A DNA stretch of 64,000 nt, taken from the NCBI GenBank assembly GCA_977018835.1, contig OZ361259.1:868001-932000 (forward strand), written 5' to 3'. The DNA is from Minutocellus sp. GHC0000111. Lineage: Eukaryota. Made by a program: the position numbers and the translations under genes. The notes under the pieces are model-generated. The model was not told the origin of the DNA. It saw only the letters and a list, made by a program, of their open reading frames with translations, and did not search any database. Positions within the stretch are counted from its first letter, which is position 1; every line of letters begins with the position of its first letter. Shown one piece after another: positions 38,201-51,400 of this stretch.

Positions 38201-38776
38201 GACATCGGAAGGAGATTGAGAAGGCAATGAAGACGGGACATCGGAAGGAGATTGAGAAGGCAATAGACGGGGCTTTGGTAGGTGGATTTGTACTGGGGGC
38301 CGGGGGGCCGGGGGGACGGGGGTGGTGACGGGAGGAGGATTAGTCGTCGGGGCCAATGTAGGAGGTGGATTTGTACTGGGGGCCGGGGGGACGGGGGTGG
38401 TGACGGGAGGAGGATTAGTCGGCGGGGCCATTGTAGGAGGTGGATTTGTACTGGGGGGGCCGGGGGGACGGGGGTGGATTTGTACTGGGGGGGCCGGGGG
38501 GACGGGGGTGGATTTGTACTGGGGGGGCCGGGGGGACGGGGGTGGTGACGGGAGGAGGATTGTAGGAGGTGGATTTGTACTGGGGGGGTGGTGACGGGAG
38601 GAGGATTAGTTGGCGGGGCCATCGTAGGAGGTGGATTTGTACCCAGTGGCTGAAGGTTCCCGAATGAGTGGGAGTGTCACCATCGGATGCTGGAGCAAAA
38701 TCCCAAGTCCTCACCATCGGATGTACCAAGTGCGGCACCAGTTAGAATTAAAGGCCACAACCACCAGTTAGAATTA
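29224..38776 (-). repeat. Eight variable partial copies (0.88-2.07 kb) of the 3' part of the secreted modular protein gene
   Basis: Units restart near (VVD)LQPLGTNPPP and end at GGCGL* (stops at 37443, 35944, 35064, 33562, 31497, 30617, 29740; the last unit is cut by the gap). They have no signal peptide and differ in repeat and domain content. Confidence 0.9.
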
Positions 38777-41700
38777 TTAAAGGCCACAACCACCATCTAT
38801 TATAAACTGAATGTAGGCATCATTTTGAAAGCAGAAGTTCCCCACGTCTTTACCAACGTCAACGACGATAAACACTGTGCCATTGCCTTCTTCGTGAAAT
38901 GCATTGTATGTCGAGACAGGAATGACAAAAGACTCCCTCAAGAATTCTATCCTGCACTGCGTCATCATTGGGCCCATGAATCTGCCGATGAGAGGAAAAG
39001 CTGTTCCAGAGGTATTATTTAAAAAAAAGAAATCGGCATGTTCTTCTTCACTTCCTCCATCGTAATCACCCCTGATAAAAATCCGCAGTTCAACACTGAG
39101 AGTAGCTCTTGGCAATCCTGTTAGGGTAAATTCAAAACCTCCTCCGGCAGAATCAAGCATTTCTAGTGATGAACGGCAAGGGTTCGTCGATTCAAAGTCA
39201 GACGAGTCAAAAAAACTTGGTGACTCGGACGGAATTGAAGACGGGACATCGGATTGAGAAGGCATTGAAGACGGGACATCGGAAAAAGTTTGAGAAGGCA
39301 TTGAAGACGGGACATCGGAAGGCATTGAAGACGGGACATCGGAAGGCATTGAAGACGGGACATCGGAAGGAGATTGAGAAGGCATTGAAGACGGGACATC
39401 GGAAGGAGATTGAGAAGGCAATGAAGACGGGACATCGGAAGGAGATTGAGAAGGCAATGAAGACGGGACATCGGAAGGAGATTGAGAAGGAGATTGAGAA
39501 GGCAATGAAGACGGGACATCGGAAGGAGATTGAGAAGGCAATGAAGACGGGACATCGGAAGGAGATTGAGAAGGCAATGAAGACGGGACATCGGAAGGAG
39601 ATTGAGAAGGCAATGAAGACGGGGCTTTGGTAGGTGGATTTGTAATGGGGGCCGAGCTTGGTGCATTTGAGAAAGTACCGCATCCCTCATCAACCTGGAA
39701 CTGAATCAATGCTTCCGCATATGTTGGACCGCATGAGTCCACAAACTCAGATGTGTCCATAAAGATGGCGATGGTACCGTTGCCCTCTTGAACCCATGAG
39801 TTGTAAGTATCGACAGAAACAAAGAAGGCCTGTTGGAAGTAGTCTGGTTCGCAGTCTGCGCCGCCATTATTTCGCCCAATGAAGTTGTCCTGGTTTGCTG
39901 GCGGCGGCAGTGGTTCCGTGGCGTTGACCCAAAAGAAGTCAGCAAACTCATTGTGAAAAGAAAAATCTCCTCTAACAAAAGTGCGCAGCTCGACGTAGAA
40001 GGAAGCCATCGGCATCGACGTGAGGGCGAAGGTGAGGCTACCTCCAGGCGTTCCTGTGTCCATGGTTGGAGATGGAAGACACGAGGCTGCCGTCGGTTGC
40101 GATACGGGAGGTGGATTTGTACTGGGGGCCGGGGGGGACGGGGGTGGTGACGGGAGGAGGATTAGTCGGCGGTGCCATTGTAGGAGGTGGATTTGTACTG
40201 GGGGCCGGGGGGACGGGGGTGGTGACGGGAGGAGGATTAGTCGGCGGTGCCATTGTAGGAGGTGGATTTGTACTGGGGGCCGGGGGGACATCAGAAGGAG
40301 ATTGAGAAGGCATTGAAGACGGGACATCGGAAGGAGATTGAGAAGGCAATGAAGACGGGACATCGGAAGGAGATTGAGAAGGCAATGAAGACGGGGCTTT
40401 GGTAGGTGGATTTGTAATGGGGACCGAGCTTGGTGCATTTGAGAAAGTACCGCATCCCTCATCAACCTGGAACTGAATCAATGCTTCCGCATATGTTGGA
40501 CCGCATGAGTCCACTGTCAGTGATGTGTCCATAAAGATGGCGATGGTACCGTTGCCCTCTTGAACCCATGAGTTGTAAGTATCGACAGAAACAAAGAAGG
40601 CCTGTTGGAAGTAGTCTGGTTCGCAGTCTCCGCCGCCGCCATTTCGCCCAATGAAGTTGTCCTGGTTTGCTGGCGGCGGCAGTGGTTCCGTGGCGTTGAC
40701 CCAGAAGAAGTCAGCAACTCAGTGTTCGAAGAAAAATCTCCTCTAACAAAAGTGCGCAGCTCGACGTAGAAGGAAGCCATCGGCATCGACGTGAGGGCGA
40801 AGGTGAGGCTACCTCCAGGCGTTCCTGTGTCCATGGTTGGAGATGGAAGACACGAGGCCGCCGTCGGTTGCGATACGGGAGGTGGATTTGTACTGGGGGC
40901 CGGGGGGACGGGGGTGGTGACGGGAGGAGGATTAGTCGGCGGTGCCATTGTAGGAGGTGGATTTGTACTGGGGGCCGGGGGGACGGGGGTGGTGACGGGA
41001 GGAGGATTAGTCGGCGGTGCCATTGTAGGAGGTGGATTTGTACTGGGGGCCGGGGGGACGGGGGTGGTGACGGGAGGAGGATTAGTCGGCGGTGCCATTG
41101 TAGGAGGTGGATTTGTACTGGGGGCCGGGGGGACGGGGGTGGTGACGGGAGGAGGATTAGTCGGCGGTGCCATTGTAGGAGGTGGATTTGTACTGGGGGC
41201 CGGGGGGACGGGGGTGGTGACGGGAGGAGGATTAGTCGGCGGAGGATTAGTCGGCGGTGCCATTGTAGGAGGTGGATTTGTACTGGGGGCCGGGGGGACA
41301 TCAGAAGGAGATTGAGAAGGCATTGAAGACGGGACATCGGAAGGAGATTGAGAAGGCAATGAAGACGGGACATCGGAAGGAGATTGAGAAGGCAATGAAG
41401 ACGGGGCTTTGGTAGGTGGATTTGTAATGGGGACCGAGCTTGGTGCATTTGAGAAAGTACCGCATCCCTCATCAACCTGGAACTGAATCAATGCTTCCGC
41501 ATATGTTGGACCGCATGAGTCCACTGTCAGTGATGTGTCCATAAAGATGGCGATGGTACCGTTGCCCTCTTGAACCCATGAGTTGTAAGTATCGACAGAA
41601 ACAAAGAAGGCCTGTTGGAAGTAGTCTGGTTCGCAGTCTCCGCCGCCGCCATTTCGCCCAATGAAGTTGTCCTGGTTTGCTGGCGGCGGCAGTGGTTCCG

Positions 41701-43549
41701 TGGCGTTGACCCAGAAGAAGTCAGCAAACTCAGAGTTCGAAGAAAAATCTCCTCTAACAAAAGTGCGCAGCTCGACGTAGAAGGAAGCCATCGGCATCGA
41801 CGTGAGGGCGAAGGTGAGGCTACCTCCAGGCGTTCCTGTGTCCATGGTTGGAGATGGAAGACACGAGGCTGCCGTCGGTTGCGATACGGGAGGTGGATTT
41901 GTACTGGGGGCCGGGGGGACGGGGGTGGTGACGGGAGGAGGATTAGTCGGCGGTGCCATTGTAGGAGGTGGATTTGTACTGGGGGCCGGGGGGACGGGGG
42001 TGGTGACGGGAGGAGGATTAGTCGGCGGTGCCATTGTAGGAGGTGGATTTGTACTGGGGGCCGGGGGGACGGGGGTGGTGACGGGAGGAGGATTAGTCGG
42101 CGGTGCCATTGTAGGAGGTGGATTTGTACTGGGGGCCGGGGGGACGGGGGTGGTGACGGGAGGAGGATTAGTCGGCGGTGCCATTGTAGGAGGTGGATTT
42201 GTACTGGGGGCCGGGGGGACGGGGGTGGTGACGGGAGGAGGATTAGTCGGCGGAGGATTAGTCGGCGGTGCCATTGTAGGAGGTGGATTTGTACTGGGGG
42301 CCGGGGGGACGGGGGTGGTGACGGGAGGAGGATTAGTCGGCGGTGCCATTGTAGGAGGTGGATTTGTACTGGGGGCCGGGGGGACATCGGAAGGAGATTG
42401 AGAAGGCAATAAAGACGGGGCTTTGGTAGGTGGATTTGTACTGGGGACCGGGGGGACGGGGGTGGTGACGGGAGGAGGATTAGTCGGCGGGGCCATCGTA
42501 GGAGGTGGATTTGTACCCAGTGGCTGAAGGTCTACCACCGAGCCTCCGATCAGATTCCCGAATGAGTCGGAGTTGATTGCATCCTCGAATGAACCTTGAC
42601 ATGTATCTCCGTCTTCACAGCTTGTTCCTTCGTATACTATGCTTGTGCTGAATTCAACAGTACTTGTAGTATTTGAGGTGTTTGTACTGTTGGCCCGGAG
42701 GTGCCGTCTGCTTGTTTCAATGAGCACAGCAGAAGTACAGCAGCTCACAATGGAAGTCAGTAGGTCTATCTCCTCCAGCACAGCGCAGATTGAAACCTGA
42801 AACACATCTAGGTCAACTGAACCAAGGGCATTGATGTCGGTCTGGAAAGATCCAAAATTGTAGAAGTTAAATACAATTTGATCGAAATCGTCGTAGTCAC
42901 GGCATTCTGCATTGGGGGTGACAGGAGTGGGAGCCGGGGGGACAGGAGTGGGAGCCGGGGGGACAGGTTTGGGAGCCGGGGGGACAGGAGTGGGAGCCGG
43001 GGGGACAGGTTTGGGAGCCGGGGGGACAGGTTTGGGAGCCGGGGGGACAGGTTTGGGAGCCGGGGGGACAGGAGTCGAGCCAGACTTGCTCTTGGACTTG
43101 GATCCTCCAGTGGACTTGCTCTTGGACTTGGATCCTCCAGTGGACTTGCTCTTGGACTTGGATCGTCCAGTGGACTTGCTCTTGGACTTGGATCCCTTGG
43201 ATCCTCCAGTGGACTTGCTCTTGGACTTGGATCGTCCAGTGGACTTGCTCTTGGACTTGGATCCTCCAGTGGACTTGCTCTTGGACTCGGATCCTCCAGT
43301 GGACTTGCTCTTGGACTCGGATCCTCCAGTGGACTTGCTCTTGGACTCGGATCCTCCAGTGGACTTGCTCTTGGATCCTCCAGTGGAGCTGTAGCTGTAG
43401 CCGGTGCTCCACAAGTCACGGGCGCCACCTTTGAGTCCGTTCTTCTTTCCAAAGAGATTCAAAGATCCCCAATGATTCTCATTTCCATGTGCGACGTCGG
43501 CAAACAACAAAATTCCAACAGCGAACAGAAGTGCCACCTCAACCTTCAT
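38777..43549 (-). CDS. Large secreted silaffin-like/mucin-like modular cell-wall protein (~1590 aa; two apparent frameshifts at ~40717 and ~40135)
   Basis: Signal peptide MKVEVALLFAVGILLFADVAHG, RDL and RHL motifs, (GGSKSKSKST)n, (PVPPAPK/T)n, a SEA-like segment, (PPTMAPPTNPPPVTTPVPPAPSTN)n, (PSQSPSDVPSSL)n, three copies of Cys-bounded domain A and one terminal domain B. Both frameshifts are 1-nt indels in homopolymer runs. Confidence 0.8.
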
Positions 43550-43576
43550 CTTTATAATTGTGATTATGTCGAGTCT

Positions 43577-43695
43577 GTGGTGTTTGAAATGGAAATAAAA
43601 AGTCTTTTCATGAACCTTCAATAAAAGTTTAAAAAATTGTACATTCGGGTCTTCATGTCGTGTGGTGTTTGAAATGGAAATAAAAAGTCTTTTCA
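43577..43695. repeat. ~34-bp direct repeat just upstream of the ATG
   Basis: gtggtgtttgaaatggaaataaaaagtcttttca at ~43577 and ~43662, in an AT-rich 5' region. Confidence 0.8.
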
Positions 43696-44377
43696 AGAAT
43701 CTTTATTAAAATTTTAAACCCATGCACATCCGGGGGTGGGGGAACGGGTGGACGGACAGACCACTTGGAATGGAAAAATGAGAGTTGAGGTCGCATTCAA
43801 ACGGCCGTGCAGCATTTGTGCACATGAAGTTCTTCCACTTGGCCTGGCTGGGCTTGGCCGGCTTTTTCTTTGAGGGTTAGGGTTCGAGTCATTCCACCCT
43901 GCCGGCAGGGGATGGGAGGCAAGAAGCGGCCGTTGGCTGAGACGACACTGATGGCTCACTCGAAGGAGCACTGACTGGTCAGGAACGAGCTTGGTGAGAA
44001 GACGGCAAAGAGGTTGGGCTGCTCGACGGGGAGTGACAGATGGTTGCCATGCGATGAACACTGTGTGCTGACGGTGCAGGTGATTTGACAGGTCAGCATA
44101 AATCTTTTGTAAAACATGCACTTTGCATGAGAATGGTGCCTGGCAAAGGAACCAGATGGAGGGAGGATGGGGGCCACACCGACCATAGCCATGCCCACAC
44201 ACAAGAGCTCTCCAAAATTGCTTTCCAGAAAAATGGTGGCGCCACAAAGATTGAATTATGAACCCTCAACACCAGAGAGTACCACAATCTTGGGGGGAAA
44301 ATACTGGTAGACCTAAGGTCAATTGGATGATGTGACTTTTCTTGGAAATAGAGATTACTATGAACAAACTAGCTAGT

Positions 44378-45400
44378 CTACCTACGAGTAGCAGTAGGAA
44401 ATTCGGAGGGAATCGCCGAAGGACTGTCTGAAGGAAATTCGGAGGGCGTCTCCGAAGGACTGTCTGAAGGAAATTCGGAGGGAATCGCCGAAGGAGCATC
44501 GGATGGCAACGTGGAAGGAATACTCAAAGATTCTGACGGAGATGTGGACGGAACATCGGAAGTCTTGGAGGGTGTAGCCGAGGGAGCCTTTGTCAGAGCC
44601 GGAGTTGGAGGGACGGGGGTGAAAAAATTGGACTTGCTCTTGGATCTGCTGCTGCCACCGGACGTGCTCTTGGATCTGCTGCTGCCACCGGACGTGCTCT
44701 TGGATCTGCTGCTGCCACCGGACGTGCTCTTGGATCTGCTGCTGCCACCGGACGTGCTCTTGGATCTGCTGCTGCCACCAGAAGACTTGCTACCTCCGGA
44801 CTTGGGCTTGCTCCTGGGGACAACAATTAGGCTATTGGGTCCACGAGTAAGGCCCTTCGGAACAGCTTTGTCAAAAGCGGGATTGACGACAGGAAGGCCT
44901 GTGCCTGGATCGAGGCTGAATGGAAGAACTCCCCGAGGATCAAGGAGTTCAGTGAATTCCTGCTCCACCGTGGCTGCAATATTACTTGGATTTTGAGTGT
45001 CCAGGGAGGCAAGAACGCTATAGGTAGTGAAAATAAATCCAGGGGTGTAAGGAGAAGGTGCAAGGAAGTCTCCAATCTTCTGCATCAGTTTGCCAGTAAA
45101 AAAGTAGTTGAAGATTTCAGCTGGGCAGCGGCGATAACCGAGACCAAAGGGGCAGTACTTGGGCTTATCGAAAACGGGAATAAATTTCTTATGAGAAGAA
45201 GGAATGATCGTTTGACCGTCAAGATCAGATGGCTTGAGATTTCCGGCAGAAGCTGGACAATTCTTTGGAATGACTAGTGCCACACCACATTCATGGCACT
45301 GAGAGACCAAGAGTTGCTGGGATGGCTGTTGGATGCCGGCTGTCTGCTCTGGCACTGCCTTCTGCTGTGTCACTTCAGGGGAGTGACAGATGGTTGCCAT
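44378..45400 (-). pseudogene. Representative short unit: P450 C-terminal fragment (heme motif) plus tail, with non-P450 5' sequence
   Basis: The P450-derived part ends at 45273, where it diverges from the long copy. ExxR and the I-helix are absent. Confidence 0.7.
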
Positions 45401-48400
45401 GCGATGAACACTGTGTGCTGACGGTGCAGGTGATTTGACAGGTCAGCATAAATCTTTTGTAAAACATGCACTTTGCATGAGAATGGTGCCTGGCAAAGGA
45501 ACCAGATGGAGGGAGGATGGGGGCCACACCGACCATAGCCATGCCCACACACAAGAGCTCTCCAAAATTGCTTTCCAGAAAAATGGTGGCGCCACAAAGA
45601 TTGAATTATGAACCCTCAACACCAGAGAGTACCAACCACAATCTTGGGGGGAAAATACTGGTAGACCTAAGGTCAATTGGATGATGTGACTTTTCTTGGA
45701 AATAGAGATTACTATGAACAAACTAGCTAGTCTACCTACGAGTAGCAGTAGGAAATTCGGAGGGAATCGCCGAAGGACTGTCTGAAGGAAATTCGGAGGG
45801 AATCGCCGAAGGAGCATCGGATGGCAACGTGGAAGGAATACTCAAAGATTCTGACGGAGATGTGGACGGAACATCGGAAGTCTTGGAGGGTGTAGCCGAG
45901 GGAGCCTTTGTCAGAGCCGGAGTTGGAGGGACGGGGGTGAAAAAATTGGACTTGCTCTTGGATCTGCTGCTGCCACCGGACGTGCTCTTGGATCTGCTGC
46001 TGCCACCGGACGTGCTCTTGGATCTGCTGCTGCCACCGGACGTGCTCTTGGATCTGCTGCTGCCACCGGACGTGCTCTTGGATCTGCTGCTGCCACCAGA
46101 AGACTTGCTACCTCCGGACTTGGGCTTGCTCCTGGGGACAACAATTAGGCTATTGGGTCCACGAGTAAGGCCCTTCGGAACAGCTTTGTCAAAAGCGGGA
46201 TTGACGACAGGAAGGCCTGTGCCTGGATCGAGGCTGAATGGAAGAACTCCCCGAGGATCAAGGAGTTCAGTGAATTCCTGCTCCACCGTGGCTGCAATAT
46301 TACTTGGATTTTGAGTGTCCAGGGAGGCAAGAACGCTATAGGTAGTGAAAATAAATCCAGGGGTGTAAGGAGAAGGTGCAAGGAAGTCTCCAATCTTCTG
46401 CATCAGTTTGCCAGTAAAAAAGTAGTTGAAGATTTCAGCTGGGCAGCGGCGATAACCGAGACCAAAGGGGCAGTACTTGGGCTTATCGAAAACGGGAATA
46501 AATTTCTTATGAGAAGAAGGAATGATCGTTTGACCGTCAAGATCAGATGGCTTGAGATTTCCGGCAGAAGCTGGACAATTCTTTGGAATGACTAGTGCCA
46601 CACCACATTCATGGCACTGAGAGACCAAGAGTTGCTGGGATGGCTGTTGGATGCCGGCTGTCTGCTCTGGCACTGCCTTCTGCTGTGTCACTTCAGGGGA
46701 GTGACAGATGGTTGCCATGCGATGAACACTGTGTGCTGACGGTGCAGGTGATTTGACAGGTCAGCATAAATCTTTTGTAAAACATGCACTTTGCATGAGA
46801 ATGGTGCCTGGCAAAGGAACCAGATGGAGGGAGGATGGGGGCCACACCGACCATAGCCATGCCCACACACAAGAGCTCTCCAAAATTGCTTTCCAGAAAA
46901 ATGGTGGCGCCACAAAGATTGAATTATGAACCCTCAACACCAGAGAGTACCAACCACAATCTTGGGGGGAAAATACTGGTAGACCTAAGGTCAATTGGAT
47001 GATGTGACTTTTCTTGGAAATAGAGATTACTATGAACAAACTAGCTAGTCTACCTACGAGTAGCAGTAGGAAATTCGGAGGGAATCGCCGAAGGACTGTC
47101 TGAAGGAAATTCGGAGGGAATCGCCGAAGGAGCATCGGATGGCAACGTGGAAGGAATACTCAAAGATTCTGACGGAGATGTGGACGGAACATCGGAAGTC
47201 TTGGAGGGTGTAGCCGAGGGAGCCTTTGTCAGAGCCGGAGTTGGAGGGACGGGGGTGAAAAAATTGGACTTGCTCTTGGATCTGCTGCTGCCACCGGACG
47301 TGCTCTTGGATCTGCTGCTGCCACCGGACGTGCTCTTGGATCTGCTGCTGCCACCGGACGTGCTCTTGGATCTGCTGCTGCCACCGGACGTGCTCTTGGA
47401 TCTGCTGCTGCCACCAGAAGACTTGCTACCTCCGGACTTGGGCTTGCTCCTGGGGACAACAATTAGGCTATTGGGTCCACGAGTAAGGCCCTTCGGAACA
47501 GCTTTGTCAAAAGCGGGATTGACGACAGGAAGGCCTGTGCCTGGATCGAGGCTGAATGGAAGAACTCCCCGAGGATCAAGGAGTTCAGTGAATTCCTGCT
47601 CCACCGTGGCTGCAATATTACTTGGATTTTGAGTGTCCAGGGAGGCAAGAACGCTATAGGTAGTGAAAATAAATCCAGGGGTGTAAGGAGAAGGTGCAAG
47701 GAAGTCTCCAATCTTCTGCATCAGTTTGCCAGTAAAAAAGTAGTTGAAGATTTCAGCTGGGCAGCGGCGATAACCGAGACCAAAGGGGCAGTACTTGGGC
47801 TTATCGAAAACGGGAATAAATTTCTTATGAGAAGAAGGAATGATCGTTTGACCGTCAAGATCAGATGGCTTGAGATTTCCGGCAGAAGCTGGACAATTCT
47901 TTGGAATGACTAGTGCCACACCACATTCATGGCACTGAGAGACCAAGAGTTGCTGGGATGGCTGTTGGATGCCGGCTGTCTGCTCTGGCACTGCCTTCTG
48001 CTGTGTCACTTCAGGGGAGTGACAGATGGTTGCCATGCGATGAACACTGTGTGCTGACGGTGCAGGTGATTTGACAGGTCAGCATAAATCTTTTGTAAAA
48101 CATGCACTTTGCATGAGAATGGTGCCTGGCAAAGGAACCAGATGGAGGGAGGATGGGGGCCACACCGACCATAGCCATGCCCACACACAAGAGCTCTCCA
48201 AAATTGCTTTCCAGAAAAATGGTGGCGCCACAAAGATTGAATTATGAACCCTCAACACCAGAGAGTACCAACCACAATCTTGGGGGGAAAATACTGGTAG
48301 ACCTAAGGTCAATTGGATGATGTGACTTTTCTTGGAAATAGAGATTACTATGAACAAACTAGCTAGTCTACCTACGAGTAGCAGTAGGAAATTCGGAGGG

Positions 48401-51400
48401 AATCGCCGAAGGACTGTCTGAAGGAAATTCGGAGGGAATCGCCGAAGGAGCATCGGATGGCAACGTGGAAGGAATACTCAAAGATTCTGACGGAGATGTG
48501 GACGGAACATCGGAAGTCTTGGAGGGTGTAGCCGAGGGAGCCTTTGTCAGAGCCGGAGTTGGAGGGACGGGGGTGAAAAAAATTGGACTTGCTCTTGGAT
48601 CTGCTGCTGCCACCGGACGTGCTCTTGGATCTGCTGCTGCCACCGGACGTGCTCTTGGATCTGCTGCTGCCACCGGACGTGCTCTTGGATCTGCTGCTGC
48701 CACCGGACGTGCTCTTGGATCTGCTGCTGCCACCAGAAGACTTGCTACCTCCGGACTTGGGCTTGCTCCTGGGGACAACAATTAGGCTATTGGGTCCACG
48801 AGTAAGGCCCTTCGGAACAGCTTTGTCAAAAGCGGGATTGACGACAGGAAGGCCTGTGCCTGGATCGAGGCTGAATGGAAGAACTCCCCGAGGATCAAGG
48901 AGTTCAGTGAATTCCTGCTCCACCGTGGCTGCAATATTACTTGGATTTTGAGTGTCCAGGGAGGCAAGAACGCTATAGGTAGTGAAAATAAATCCAGGGG
49001 TGTAAGGAGAAGGTGCAAGGAAGTCTCCAATCTTCTGCATCAGTTTGCCAGTAAAAAAGTAGTTGAAGATTTCAGCTGGGCAGCGGCGATAACCGAGACC
49101 AAAGGGGCAGTACTTGGGCTTATCGAAAACGGGAATAAATTTCTTATGAGAAGAAGGAATGATCGTTTGACCGTCAAGATCAGATGGCTTGAGATTTCCG
49201 GCAGAAGCTGGACAATTCTTTGGAATGACTAGTGCCACACCACATTCATGGCACTGAGAGACCAAGAGTTGCTGGGATGGCTGTTGGATGCCGGCTGTCT
49301 GCTCTGGCACTGCCTTCTGCTGTGTCACTTCAGGGGAGTGACAGATGGTTGCCATGCGATGAACACTGTGTGCTGACGGTGCAGGTGATTTGACAGGTCA
49401 GCATAAATCTTTTGTAAAACATGCACTTTGCATGAGAATGGTGCCTGGCAAAGGAACCAGATGGAGGGAGGATGGGGGCCACACCGACCATAGCCATGCC
49501 CACACACAAGAGCTCTCCAAAATTGCTTTCCAGAAAAATGGTGGCGCCACAAAGATTGAATTATGAACCCTCAACACCAGAGAGTACCAACCACAATCTT
49601 GGGGGGAAAATACTGGTAGACCTAAGGTCAATTGGATGATGTGACTTTTCTTGGAAATAGAGATTACTATGAACAAACTAGCTAGTCTACCTACGAGTAG
49701 CAGTAGGAAATTCGGAGGGAATCGCCGAAGGACTGTCTGAAGGAAATTCGGAGGGAATCGCCGAAGGAGCATCGGATGGCAACGTGGAAGGAATACTCAA
49801 AGATTCTGACGGAGATGTGGACGGAACATCGGAAGTCTTGGAGGGTGTAGCCGAGGGAGCCTTTGTCAGAGCCGGAGTTGGAGGGACGGGGGTGAAAAAA
49901 TTGGACTTGCTCTTGGATCTGCTGCTGCCACCGGACGTGCTCTTGGATCTGCTGCTGCCACCGGACGTGCTCTTGGATCTGCTGCTGCCACCGGACGTGC
50001 TCTTGGATCTGCTGCTGCCACCAGAAGACTTGCTACCTCCGGACTTGGGCTTGCTCCTGGGGACAACAATTAGGCTATTGGGTCCACGAGTAAGGCCCTT
50101 CGGAACAGCTTTGTCAAAAGCGGGGATTGACGACAGGAAGGCCTGTGCCTGGATCGAGGCTGAATGGAAGAACTCCCCGAGGATCAAGGAGTTCAGTGAA
50201 TTCCTGCTCCACCGTGGCTGCAATATTACTTGGATTTTGAGTGTCCAGGGAGGCAAGAACGCTATAGGTAGTGAAAATAAATCCAGGGGTGTAAGGAGAA
50301 GGTGCAAGGAAGTCTCCAATCTTCTGCATCAGTTTGCCAGTAAAAAAGTAGTTGAAGATTTCAGCTGGGCAGCGGCGATAACCGAGACCAAAGGGGCAGT
50401 ACTTGGGCTTATCGAAAACGGGAATAAATTTCTTATGAGAAGAAGGAATGATCGTTTGACCGTCAAGATCAGATGGCTTGAGATTTCCGGCAGAAGCTGG
50501 ACAATTCTTTGGAATGACTAGTGCCACACCACATTCATGGCACTGAGAGACCAAGAGTTGCTGGGATGGCTGTTGGATGCCGGCTGTCTGCTCTGGCACT
50601 GCCTTCTGCTGTGTCACTTCAGGGGAGTGACAGATGGTTGCCATGCGATGAACACTGTGTGCTGACGGTGCAGGTGATTTGACAGGTCAGCATAAATCTT
50701 TTGTAAAACATGCACTTTGCATGAGAATGGTGCCTGGCAAAGGAACCAGATGGAGGGAGGATGGGGGCCACACCGACCATAGCCATGCCCACACACAAGA
50801 GCTCTCCAAAATTGCTTTCCAGAAAAATGGTGGCGCCACAAAGATTGAATTATGAACCCTCAACACCAGAGAGTACCAACCACAATCTTGGGGATACTGG
50901 TAGACCTAAGGTCAATTGGATGATGTGACTTTTCTTGGAAATAGAGATTACTATGAACAAACTAGCTAGTCTACCTACGAGTAGCAGTAGGAAATTCGGA
51001 GGGAATCGCCGAAGGACTGTCTGAAGGAAATTCGGAGGGAATCGCCGAAGGAGCATCGGATGGCAACGTGGAAGGAATACTCAAAGATTCTGACGGAGAT
51101 GTGGACGGAACATCGGAAGTCTTGGAGGGTGTAGCCGAGGGAGCCTTTGTCAGAGCCGGAGTTGGAGGGACGGGGGTGAAAAAATTGGACTTGCTCTTGG
51201 ATCTGCTGCTGCCACCGGACGTGCTCTTGGATCTGCTGCTGCCACCGGACGTGCTCTTGGATCTGCTGCTGCCACCGGACGTGCTCTTGGATCTGCTGCT
51301 GCCACCAGAAGACTTGCTACCTCCGGACTTGGGCTTGCTCCTGGGGGCAACAATTAGGCTATTGGGTCCACGAGTAAGGCCCTTCGGAACAGCTTTGTCA

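Noticed and set aside
40130..40720. Programmed frameshifting or pseudogenisation of the large gene
   Set aside because: Both shifts are 1-nt indels in homopolymer runs and are absent from sister repeats, so sequencing error is more likely. This cannot be resolved without reads.
38900..41760. RGD as an integrin-binding motif
   Set aside because: It sits at the end of a predicted beta-strand in a conserved GD…E motif. Nothing supports an integrin ligand role in an alga.
43550..43696. Upstream start of the 1059-aa ORF
   Set aside because: It begins at a non-ATG codon in AT-rich repeated DNA. The ATG at 43549 directly precedes a signal peptide.
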